In this document: positions 19,421-29,001 of the stretch, in pieces | Numbering within the stretch: the first letter of the stretch is position 1 | How the letters are laid out: every line of letters begins with the position of its first letter | Assembly (NCBI GenBank): GCA_963823335.1 | Contig: CAWGLD010000001.1 | Span: 1,408,001-1,472,000 of the forward strand | DNA: 64,000 bases | Source: an uncultured delta proteobacterium | GTDB lineage: Bacteria; Desulfobacterota; Desulfobacteria; Desulfobacterales; B30-G6 | Direction: 5' to 3' | Notes under the pieces: generated by a model | What the model was told of the DNA's origin: nothing | What the model saw: the letters and a program-made list of their open reading frames with translations, nothing else | The model's database searches: none | Translations under genes and position numbers: made by a program

Positions 19421-20522
19421 AACTGCTTCACATATCGCTCGGCGCTACCGAAGACAATCTGACATTCTATCCGGAATGCTGATGGTTGGCATGGGATTGA
19501 TGTTACTGGTAAAAGCCGCTGGAATCTTGACATAGGTTTAGCGATTCGTTTTGATGGAAGATGCTTGAGGGATTCAACACTTAGCCTGCACCACCTGGGC
19601 GAGGTTTTTTCAGAGCGTCTCATCTGCCCAAACCATCATCAGCATCACCACACAGCTTCTCCATTTTGGACTATAATCTTGGCTCTTTCGTAAAGGTCAA
19701 TCGGGCTGGTATCACTTTTTGCGGCAATATCCTTAGAACAGGCACGTATTGATATTGAAGAACCGTTGAGGATTCATGCTTAACAGAATACTGAATTGAA
19801 TCTTATTGATGTTTTTTCATGCAAAGGTTGGAGCTACAGTGCTGATGCGCTCAAAGGGCAGGAAAAAGATATAATACCAAGGTGAGTTCAACTGGGGAAG
19901 CTTCATGTTTAATATTGGCGATTTTTCCAATTATGCTGCTATAGTAAATATCATTTCAAAGCTTTAATGTTTGGACATACCCAAAAACGAAAGATTTCAT
20001 CATTCTCGGCGACCCCTCCTAATTAAAGCTTATGTAACAAAGTATATCTGTCCATGTCATATCAATCAATTGGCAAAATTCAGAGAATCTTCAGTTCGCG
20101 GTAAAAACTACATTTAGATGACTTGATATGTTAAGGGCAATTCTGGCTCAAAGAGATTTGCCCTTTTTGCTTTTGGGTAAGAAAGTTGATGTTTGTATAG
20201 AAGGTCAGTTTTGTGGTATTTATGTATATGTCTGAGTATCGCAAGTTCTTAGAGGCTCAGGAAACCGTGAATATTCTCCATTAAATCATTACGCGACTGG
20301 TTTATCAGATATACTTATAGCCCGGAATGTAATCATCACCCACCCAAGATTTCACGTGGCCACAATATATAGTAGTTCTTCGAATTAGATCTCGATCCGA
20401 ATATTGGTATGCAGAATTATTAAGTGAAGGCATAGTCCCCGGACTGACCTTCAAGTTGCCTCTCTGTCGGATCGGTTGCTTCCACACAGAAATACCAACT
20501 ATCGCTGCCAGCCATAATGTCC

Positions 20523-21971
20523 TCAGACTACTAATTCGACAATTGCCTGTTTGTCTTCGTCGAAATACTCAATCCGGGTTTCATAGCTCACCAAATCGAT
20601 CCGAAGGGTGGCCCGTTGGACACCATGGGCCCAGGTCAGTTTGAGATGGTCGTCGGGGGCATCTTCGATGGTCAACTGGCCCTCAAAAGCCCGACAGGAA
20701 TTTCTGAATTCCATTAGCTTTAGTAAACGTCGTACCACCGGTTTTTGAATTTCGATAGCAATTTCGTCCAGAGCATAGTTGTGGCGGTTGATGTCGCGAC
20801 CGTTTTTGGTCTGTTGAACCAGCTCAATGTCGTTTTCACCGGCCAGCAAGCCCACGTAGTAGACTTGGGGAATACCAGGCGTGAAAAACTGGATGGCCCG
20901 TGCAGCGATATAGGAATCGTTGTTGCACGCCAGCGCCGAATAATAGGTGCAGTTCACTTGGTAAACGTCCAGATTCTGGTATTCAGGACCGGAAAATACC
21001 TTACGGAGATTGGCGCCCTTTTCATCAAGGCCATCCAGAGTCCGCTGGATTTCTTCCTCTGTCATCAGGTCTTTCACATCCACCACACCGATGCCGTCAT
21101 GGGTGTCCAGAGTGGTAATCTGTTTGCGAGGGCAGATTGTCAGCCATTGTTTCAGCACCCTGCTGGTGTGATGGTACAGAGTGTTCAAGACCAGCATGGG
21201 TAACGAGAAATCATACGTCCAATATCCGTTGGCTGAGATCTTCTGATGATAGCTGTAGTGTTCGTGAACCTCTGGCAGAATTTCAACCCCAAAGGGTGAG
21301 ACATAATTCTGAAGCCACTGCAGCAGTTGCCAAACTTCAGGCTCCAGAAAAAAACAATTGGTGCCGATTTTCAGTGTCGAATAGGCAAAGGCATCCATAC
21401 GGATCATTTTGGCCGGGGTCCGCGACAGCTGGATCAGGTAGCGCCGCATCACTTCGTGGGTTTTGGATGAATCCCAGTCCAGATCGATCTGTTCATAGTC
21501 AAACGTGCACCAGACCTTCTCCTTGGAGCCATCGGCGCGCTGGATAATGGTATACGGTGGCCGGGGTTTACGGGTGTATACCTTGGCCAATTCCATTTCA
21601 CTGATTTCACCAGTCGGGCTGAGTTTGTTGAAGCTCAGGAACATGTCGGCAAACTCGGAGTCCGGTCCCTTTTCGAAGTAGTCCTGAAAATAGACGGATT
21701 GTCTGGAAATATGGTTTACCATGAAATCGATGATCAGGTCGAATTCCCTTCCGATCAGGTCGATATCCCTCCAGGTGCCGAATGCCGGGTCCACTTCATC
21801 ATAGGTCAACGGGGCAAATCCGCGGTCCGCGGAAGAGGGGTAGAACGGCAGCAGGTGGACGCCGCCGACGGCCAGACTGAGGTAACGGCGCAGCACGTAA
21901 TGCAGTTCGACGAGGTCGGCCCCCAGGCTGTCCGGATAGACAATCAGCTGCACTTTGTTTTTAAGTGTCAT
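20523..21971 (-). CDS. gtfA: Sucrose phosphorylase (GH13_18)
   Basis: GGVHLLPFYPSSADRGFAP, RMDAFAY nucleophile, PEVHEH acid/base, THDGIG, loop NLDVYQVN. Confidence 0.85.
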   Translation of the reverse strand: MTLKNKVQLIVYPDSLGADLVELHYVLRRYLSLAVGGVHLLPFYPSSADRGFAPLTYDEVDPAFGTWRDIDLIGREFDLIIDFMVNHISRQSVYFQDYFEKGPDSEFADMFLSFNKLSPTGEISEMELAKVYTRKPRPPYTIIQRADGSKEKVWCTFDYEQIDLDWDSSKTHEVMRRYLIQLSRTPAKMIRMDAFAYSTLKIGTNCFFLEPEVWQLLQWLQNYVSPFGVEILPEVHEHYSYHQKISANGYWTYDFSLPMLVLNTLYHHTSRVLKQWLTICPRKQITTLDTHDGIGVVDVKDLMTEEEIQRTLDGLDEKGANLRKVFSGPEYQNLDVYQVNCTYYSALACNNDSYIAARAIQFFTPGIPQVYYVGLLAGENDIELVQQTKNGRDINRHNYALDEIAIEIQKPVVRRLLKLMEFRNSCRAFEGQLTIEDAPDDHLKLTWAHGVQRATLRIDLVSYETRIEYFDEDKQAIVELVV

Positions 21972-21974
21972 CCT

Positions 21975-24170
21975 TTAATCTCCACGCGCCTCATCGATGA
22001 AGCGGTAATGGTGCATTCCTTCAATGATTCCACCGGCGCACTCGCTGTCTGCGAAATAGACATTTCGGCTACCTTTTAAATCCGCCAGTTCATGGCTGTA
22101 GTTGGCCACTACCACGGCGCGGGGTTCCCCGCGAAGCATCTCCTCATCGTTTCCAGAATCCCCGCATACCAGAAAATTTTTCAATGGAATTTCCCATTTG
22201 TAGCTCAGGTAGCGAATGGCTTTTCCCTTGGACGCCCGGTAAGGTAGGATATCCAGGTAGCGATCGTGGGAGTAGATCAGGTTGTATCGACACCGGTTAA
22301 GCGTCAGATGGTCGTGGATGGTGGACAGGCGGTCTTTGGCCGGGTCCATGTAATAGCTGATCTTGAAACGACGCTGGGTTTTCTCTTCCTGATATTCCAG
22401 AAAATCGAAATCTTTGAGCAGCTCAACGATTTTATCCCGATTCCATCGGCTGGCAATGTGTCTGGCCCATTCCGGGCTGGGCTTGCTGCTCTTGCCATAA
22501 AAAAGGGCGCTGCCCACCGAGCAAATGATTACATCCGGGTAGGGGATATGGTGTTTTTTCAGGATTGATCTGGCCGAATCGGCAGTTCTTCCGGTGGCCA
22601 CTCCGAATCCCATGTGAGCCCGGTTTTGATTCAGCAGTTGCACCAGCTTTTCAAGCTGCGTGTTGTCGGTGCCGATCAGCGTATTATCGATATCGGTGAT
22701 CATGAAATGGTTGAGATTTATCAGCTGCCGGCCGATGGAATTTGACGACTTGGCGGTGGCGAGATTGGAGCGTTGATTGGCGGCGGTCAGCTTGCGGATA
22801 GCGCTGGTATATTCAAGGGTATGGCTTTGCCAGGTGTAGTGCTTGCGCACATTCATGATCCCGTTTTTCGAATAGCGTTCCCACAAATCCTTATTGGCGA
22901 TAATTTTACGTAGTGCGGATGATATCTGCTTCATACTGGCGACATTCACCAGGATACCGTTTTTGCAGTTGTGGATGATGTCATTGGGGCCACCGTCATC
23001 GGTGACCACGATGGGCAGTCCGGTGGCGGACGCTTCCAGAAGGGTCAGGCCAAACGGCTCCGTCAGGGCCGGGTTAATGAACACCCCTCTTCGCTCAGCG
23101 GCAATCCGATACAGGGCGGGTACTTCATATTCGAAATCGTGTTTTTTAGGAATGGCCATCTTGCCGTAAAGGTCGTATTTGTCCATGGCCAGGAGCATTT
23201 CTGTCAGAACTTCGCGCTCGTTGTCCGCCATGGCATCAATATCCTTGCGTAAACCGGCGAAAACGGCCAGATTGGCCATACTTTGCAATTCGGGATCTTC
23301 ACCATAGGCCCGCACCAGCCCGGAAATATTTTTGCGCTTATCCGGGCGGCTCAGGGCCAAGATCAACGGTTTCTCCGGGTTCATGAAAAAACGGTTTAAT
23401 TCCTTGAGCATGGAGGCCTGGGCATATCGGGCATTTTCGGACCGTTCCGCATCGTCGAGCATATCATGATAAAACGGATAAAACGTGTCGATGTCGATGC
23501 CGGGTGGGACAACTCGATACTCAGGGACATCTTTGTTGTGGTAAAGGCCGTACTGTTCCACGATTTCATGCTGGGTACTGGTAATCACCAAGTTCGCTCG
23601 GGCCATGATCTGCTCTTCAGCATCGATACGATGGTCGATTTTGAATTTCTTGATGATTTCCGCCTCGCTCATCCCCTGTTCTAGGAGTCTGGCCATTTTG
23701 GCACGACCGAGGGAGTGGCCGGTATATACGAAAGGCAGTCCGAACATTTTGGCCAGTTGCATGGCCACATAACCGGCATCGGGATAATGGCCGTGTACAA
23801 TGTCCGGCATGGAATGGTTGCGCTTGATGAACTTGATCGTCTTGTCCACATACTCTTCGAGATGGGGCCAGAGCAGCTCTTTGCGCATATATTTGCGTCC
23901 CCCGCATTGAATGCGGACGATGCGAAACTTGTCGTTGATCACCTCGATGGGTTCGCTGTAATCTGAAGATACGCGCTTGTCGACAATCAGGCGGGTGAAT
24001 AGATCCACGCGACCGATATCCTCCCGGGCACTGAGGCTCGTCCCTAGCTCCATGACATACTTGACCTGTCCTCCGGTGTCCGCATCTCTTCCCATCTCCT
24101 GGTTTTTCGATCGAATCAGTCCGTGAAGACTGAATAGCTGGACATATGGCCACTTAGCGACCATTGGCAT
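21975..24170 (-). CDS. sps: Sucrose-phosphate synthase (GT4) fused to HAD-IIB sucrose-phosphate phosphatase
   Basis: HGLIR...GRDADTGGQVKYV, HSLG, RPDKRKN, EPFGLTLLEA; C-terminal DIDNT, ATGR, GDSGND. Confidence 0.92.
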   Translation of the reverse strand: MPMVAKWPYVQLFSLHGLIRSKNQEMGRDADTGGQVKYVMELGTSLSAREDIGRVDLFTRLIVDKRVSSDYSEPIEVINDKFRIVRIQCGGRKYMRKELLWPHLEEYVDKTIKFIKRNHSMPDIVHGHYPDAGYVAMQLAKMFGLPFVYTGHSLGRAKMARLLEQGMSEAEIIKKFKIDHRIDAEEQIMARANLVITSTQHEIVEQYGLYHNKDVPEYRVVPPGIDIDTFYPFYHDMLDDAERSENARYAQASMLKELNRFFMNPEKPLILALSRPDKRKNISGLVRAYGEDPELQSMANLAVFAGLRKDIDAMADNEREVLTEMLLAMDKYDLYGKMAIPKKHDFEYEVPALYRIAAERRGVFINPALTEPFGLTLLEASATGLPIVVTDDGGPNDIIHNCKNGILVNVASMKQISSALRKIIANKDLWERYSKNGIMNVRKHYTWQSHTLEYTSAIRKLTAANQRSNLATAKSSNSIGRQLINLNHFMITDIDNTLIGTDNTQLEKLVQLLNQNRAHMGFGVATGRTADSARSILKKHHIPYPDVIICSVGSALFYGKSSKPSPEWARHIASRWNRDKIVELLKDFDFLEYQEEKTQRRFKISYYMDPAKDRLSTIHDHLTLNRCRYNLIYSHDRYLDILPYRASKGKAIRYLSYKWEIPLKNFLVCGDSGNDEEMLRGEPRAVVVANYSHELADLKGSRNVYFADSECAGGIIEGMHHYRFIDEARGD

Positions 24171-25059
24171 CTCCTCTCATCAGCAGTTGAAAATCATCGT
24201 AAAAATTTTCGTTATCAGGCACGGCACCGGCAATACCGCATATTCGTGCAGCGAAACGAGATGCCTGACGGATGGTCTCTTTCCAGGGAAGCTTTCGCAA
24301 GCGGCCAGCAGCCAAAATTGCGGCATATCCGTCGCCGGCACCGACCGTATCGACAATAGGTGGTCCTGCAACGGCAGGACTGCTGATTTGGCCATCGCGG
24401 TTGTAAAACGTGCTGCCCCGGCTGCCTCGGGTGAGCGCCACGGCGCTGATCCTGAACGTTTCCATCAGCCAAGGCGTGACGTCACCTTTGTCAGCCGGGC
24501 CATCAAACGCGTGTTGAATAATTGTAAGTTCTGCTTCGTTGACTTTAAGCAGGTCTGCGTGATGAAGTGATCCGGCCACGGCCTTGATGTTGACGTGGGG
24601 CGGCCGCATATTAATGTCACAAAAGCATATGGCGCTGTTGGTGTTACGGGAAAGAAAACGACGCACCTGACTGCAACCGGGATCGGTTCGCTGCAACAGG
24701 GTGCCGAAATAGATCATCTCTGCACCACCCGCATCCAACACGCCAGCATCGTTGAGGTCAAGGTGGTCGTAGGCCACATTCTTGTATATATCAAAATGCG
24801 GAATGCCTTGCTCATCCAGATTCACTTTGACCGTTCCCGTGGGATGTCGGTAGTCAACCTGGACATCGGCTTCGTTAAAGTCGTTTTTTATCAGCAGGTC
24901 AATAATGCGTCTTCCGTGCCGATCATTCCCCACGCGGGTGAAGAACCGCACCGGAAATCCCAGCTTTTTTAGGTGAAATGCAAAATTGAACGGCGCACCG
25001 CCGATCCGTTGGTAATCCTGAAAAATGTCGATGAGAATCTCACCGATAACAACGATCAA
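24154..25059 (-). CDS. PfkB family carbohydrate kinase, probable fructokinase
   Basis: GGAPFNFA, DINMRP, KVNEAE, DTVGAGDGY; overlaps the sps start. Confidence 0.88.
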   Translation of the reverse strand: MIVVIGEILIDIFQDYQRIGGAPFNFAFHLKKLGFPVRFFTRVGNDRHGRRIIDLLIKNDFNEADVQVDYRHPTGTVKVNLDEQGIPHFDIYKNVAYDHLDLNDAGVLDAGGAEMIYFGTLLQRTDPGCSQVRRFLSRNTNSAICFCDINMRPPHVNIKAVAGSLHHADLLKVNEAELTIIQHAFDGPADKGDVTPWLMETFRISAVALTRGSRGSTFYNRDGQISSPAVAGPPIVDTVGAGDGYAAILAAGRLRKLPWKETIRQASRFAARICGIAGAVPDNENFYDDFQLLMRGDANGR

Positions 25060-26289
25060 GTGATCCTCCTTGAATTTGATTATATGAGTAACGAAACAGC
25101 CAATGAGCTTCGAAATAGTTGAGAAGATCCCCCGTGGATCAAGCGACAGGTAATCGTGCGAGTCGATCTATAACTTTTTACAATACCTTATTACTCAAAT
25201 TTTTGCAAATTAGGGGATGGGAGGGATATGGGACGATGCGATCAGCGCCCTTGATCGCATGATTACGATCAGGCCGATGGCCTATAGAAAAGATAACGGA
25301 TTCCGGGAGGCATATTTACGCAGTAAACCAGACAATCGGACTAAGATCTGAACGAAAGACGGCCGACTTAATAATAACAGTTTCATGATGATTGGTATCG
25401 GAGCAACTTTGAAACCTCGTTATCGGCAGCAGAATACTGGTAAAAGACGATAACGGGACTCTAATCATAGTGAAAGTAAGGCATCCGATATCAAATATTT
25501 CGAATACTGTATTTTAGTTTTGCTTATCTATATCAAGTCACACGAATTGAAAAACCGATACTTACGGTTATGTACAAAACGCCCAGATAAAAAAAACCGA
25601 CCACAACATCTGGAGGGGCACTTTTGGAAATGAGTTGACTTACAATTTGCAATCACAGGAATTAATCGGGCACAGATTCCTTGGATGTGTCCAAATCATT
25701 ACCAGCCAGCCTCTATTACCGATACCATCATAGTATTGGCAATGACATGATTCATTAATACAGTGGCTTCTTCATGGTAACAATCACCTGCTATTTGAAA
25801 ACAGCTATGTGATAATTACAAAACAAATATCCTAAAATTGGCTGTTGCCAAAAATCGGTGATTACATCACCTCCGAGGTTCCACCTCGATTGAAGTTTTT
25901 GTAACACAGCTCAAATTAGACATGGTATTAGATCGTTGACATAAGCAGGATGAAGTCAGTCCTGCGAGCAAAGGGCCCATTTGTACTGCATTCATTTGTT
26001 AATCAAAATATCAAGGAAAGTAAGGAAAAATATAGATTTAATTGCGACTATGCGGATCATCCCTTGTCCCCAGTTTTTACCTTTTTTAGGGGCATGTATC
26101 TTCATTAAAAAATCAAGTAACCAATTTCAAATTCCCAACTTAAGATTTTGCCAGGCAGCCAGATATTTCCCATTAAACGGACCCAGCACAACAAAAAGTA
26201 AAGATGCTCGGAACCAGCAACACTTTGGTGGTATTCATTTCTTGCCACGCATATTGCCCCCGTATTAAATACCAAAATATATAGGATTG

Positions 26290-26610
26290 CTATAAAGTGT
26301 TCAAGATGCTCAAAAAAGAAGGTAAAATTACCGACATTGTCATCGAAAACATGATGAACTGGCGCCACAGTGGATTCAGGGTGTATTGTGGTGGGGCCAT
26401 CTGGCCGCGTAATGAAGCGGGGCTTGAAAATCTGGCACGCTACATTATTCGTGATTCCTTTTCGCAAGAACGCATGATCTCTGTCGTGCCCAAGGATTCA
26501 CACGATGGCAAAGACAAAGTGACCGATGCGCCGAAGGATGGAAATAGGTCTAAAACGTTTGATGCTCTGGATTGGCTGGCGCAACTGGTCACTCATATCC
26601 CGAACCGGCC
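26290..26610 (+). mobile_element. Internal fragment of an IS91-family (Y2) transposase
   Basis: NWRHSGFRV...GLENLARYIIR.SFSQERM...FDALDWLAQLVTHIP; truncated at both ends. Confidence 0.8.
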
Positions 26611-26719
26611 ACCATGTTTCTGTTGGGAGCCGGTCTTGTGGGCCTCGCCGGCATAAGCCCCAAAAAATAATTCATAGAGGGGTTGAACCCTTTAGAAATC
26701 ACTTCCCGATTGGGCCACC

Positions 26720-26728
26720 TTATCCACA
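26720..26728 (+). promoter_or_regulatory. Consensus DnaA box upstream of parE
   Basis: Exact TTATCCACA. Confidence 0.45.
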
Positions 26729-26849
26729 AAACCACTCTAAACAAAAAATTCAATACCCATCACCAACCACAATATACAGTATTGATTTTTTAACCCATAT
26801 CCATCATAAAGGGATCAACCGAAAAGAACCGTTATCTGGAGGCATTCCA

Positions 26850-28775
26850 ATCAAATCCGATCAACTATTCAACGACAACGGGACCGATAAACGAGACTAC
26901 AACGCCGCGTCCCTGGAAGTGCTCAAAGGCCTGGACCCGGTCAGGCGGCGGCCGGGCATGTACACAGACACCCAGCGGCCCAACCACCTGGCCCAGGAGG
27001 TGATCGACAACGGGGTGGACGAAGCCATCGCAGGCCACGCCACCCGCATTGACGTGATTCTGAATACGGACGGGTCCTTGAGCGCGGCCGACGACGGTCG
27101 CGGTATGCCCACGGACATCCACCCGGAAGAGGGCATCACCGGTGTGGAGGTGATCCTTCTCAAGCTGCACGCCGGTGCCAAATTTTCCAACAAGGACTAC
27201 CAGTTTTCCGGCGGTCTCCATGGTGTGGGTGTGTCTGTGGTCAATGCCCTGTCATCGCGCCTGGAAGTGGAAATCAAGCGCGACGGCAAAAAACATTTTA
27301 TCCGGTTTGCCGACGGGAGGAAACAGCAGGAGTTGGAGGTCACCGGCACTGTCGGCCAGCGCAACACCGGCACCTTCATCCACTTCTGGCCCAATCCTGA
27401 CTATTTCGATACGGTCCGTTTCTCCGCACGGAAACTGCGACACACACTGCGGGCAAAAGCGGTGCTTTGTCCGGGCCTCACTGTCACTTTTTCCGATGAA
27501 AATACCGGCGAGAAAGCACATTGGTATTATGAAGACGGGTTGAAAGAGTATCTTGCCGGTGGTCTTGAAGGCTGTGAGTTGATTCCTGACGAGCCCTTTA
27601 TGGGCCGGCTTGACGGCGACGGCGAAGCCGTTTCATGGGCGGTGGTTTGGCAGCCCGAAGGCGGGGAAGCCATCACCGAAAGCTACGTCAACCTGATCCC
27701 CACACCCCAGGGCGGCACCCATGTCAATGGTTTCCGATCCGGGCTGTTGGCGGCCATTCGTGAATTCTGCGAATTTCGCAAATTGATCCCCAGGGGCATC
27801 AAGCTGGCGCCGGACGATATCTGGGACCGCTGCTCCTATGTTTTGTCGGCCAAGATGACCGATCCCCAGTTCTCCGGCCAGACTAAGGAGCGCCTGGGGT
27901 CACGTCAGTGTGCCTCCTTTGTCAACGGTGTGGTCAAGGATGCATTCAGTCTGTGGCTGAACCACCATACCGAAACCGGTGAACGCCTGGCGGAGATGGC
28001 CATCGAGAGTGCCCGCAACCGCCTCAGAGCCGGCAAAAAAATCATCCGAAAAAAAGTCACTGCAGGACCTGCCCTGCCCGGTAAACTGGCCGACTGTGTC
28101 AGCCAGGATCCGATGCAGAGTGAGCTGTTTCTCGTGGAGGGTGACTCTGCCGGCGGATCGGCCAAGCAGGCCAGGGATCGCCAGATCCAGGCGGTCATGC
28201 CGCTGCGGGGAAAAATCCTCAACACCTGGGAGGTGGATTCGACACAGATATTGGGATCCAAAGAGGTTCACGACATTGCCGTGGCCATCGGTGTGGACCC
28301 GGGGTCGCAGCATCTAAACAGTCTTCGCTACGGGAAGGTCTGCATCCTCGCCGATGCGGATTCCGACGGATTGCACATCGCCACCCTGCTCTGCGCGCTC
28401 TTTCTTCAGCACTTCACACCGCTTGTAAAAGCCGGCCATGTATTTGTGGCCATGCCCCCGCTCTACCGAATCGATATGGCAAAAACAGTTCATTACGCCC
28501 TGGATGAAGCGGAAAAGGGCGCCATCATCCGTCGCATGGAGATCAAAAACCCCAAGGGCAAAATCAACGTCCAGCGATTCAAGGGACTGGGGGAAATGAA
28601 CCCGATGCAGTTGCGGGAGACCACAATGGCCCCGGACACCCGCCGCCTGGTTCAACTGACCGTGGAGGAGGACGAGGCGGCATTTTCCATGCTGGACATG
28701 CTTCTGGCAAAAAAACGGGCATCCGACCGCCGCCAGTGGATCGAGGATAGTGGTGATCAGGCAGAGGTGGATTGA
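26850..28775 (+). CDS. parE: DNA topoisomerase IV subunit B
   Basis: YNAASLEVLKGLDPVRRRPGMYTDT, EGDSAGGSAKQARDR, PLRGKILNTWE, DADSDG, QRFKGLGEM; start placed at ATC 26850 after GGAGG (the track ATG at 26526 lies in the IS remnant). Confidence 0.93.
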   Translation: MKSDQLFNDNGTDKRDYNAASLEVLKGLDPVRRRPGMYTDTQRPNHLAQEVIDNGVDEAIAGHATRIDVILNTDGSLSAADDGRGMPTDIHPEEGITGVEVILLKLHAGAKFSNKDYQFSGGLHGVGVSVVNALSSRLEVEIKRDGKKHFIRFADGRKQQELEVTGTVGQRNTGTFIHFWPNPDYFDTVRFSARKLRHTLRAKAVLCPGLTVTFSDENTGEKAHWYYEDGLKEYLAGGLEGCELIPDEPFMGRLDGDGEAVSWAVVWQPEGGEAITESYVNLIPTPQGGTHVNGFRSGLLAAIREFCEFRKLIPRGIKLAPDDIWDRCSYVLSAKMTDPQFSGQTKERLGSRQCASFVNGVVKDAFSLWLNHHTETGERLAEMAIESARNRLRAGKKIIRKKVTAGPALPGKLADCVSQDPMQSELFLVEGDSAGGSAKQARDRQIQAVMPLRGKILNTWEVDSTQILGSKEVHDIAVAIGVDPGSQHLNSLRYGKVCILADADSDGLHIATLLCALFLQHFTPLVKAGHVFVAMPPLYRIDMAKTVHYALDEAEKGAIIRRMEIKNPKGKINVQRFKGLGEMNPMQLRETTMAPDTRRLVQLTVEEDEAAFSMLDMLLAKKRASDRRQWIEDSGDQAEVD

Positions 28776-28907
28776 GGAAATTGGGGAGGAATGAAAATGA
28801 ATAGCAATTCAATGTCCTCCTCGTACCCTAACGCCCTTAATGTCCCAATGCCAAATAAAACGTAACTTCTCAATAACTGATGGGAGATGATACTATGGAA
28901 GAGCCAA

Positions 28908-28935
28908 CTGGATTCCCGCCTTCGAGGGAATCCAG
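28908..28935. repeat. Palindrome of dRS3/REP type between parE and parC
   Basis: CTGGATTCCC-GCCTTCGA-GGGAATCCAG (ATTCCC-N8-GGGAAT). Confidence 0.75.
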
Positions 28936-29001
28936 ACCATCATCCTGACTTTTTGAGAAACTACCAATAAAACAACCCAACATTCTGAAAGAACAGTAAA
29001 T

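Noticed and set aside
25060-26290. AT-rich stretch with small inverted repeats and short ORFs
   Set aside because: No recognisable protein or RNA could be supported; treated as island debris plus promoter region
18953-26700. Duplicated tRNA-Asp 3' end (att site) closing the island
   Set aside because: No copy of the tRNA 3' sequence found by eye, so the right boundary is inferred only from the IS91 remnant
26526-26849. 108-aa N-terminal extension of ParE in the ORF track
   Set aside because: Begins inside the IS91 remnant in another frame, has no ParE-like sequence, and a strong SD lies downstream
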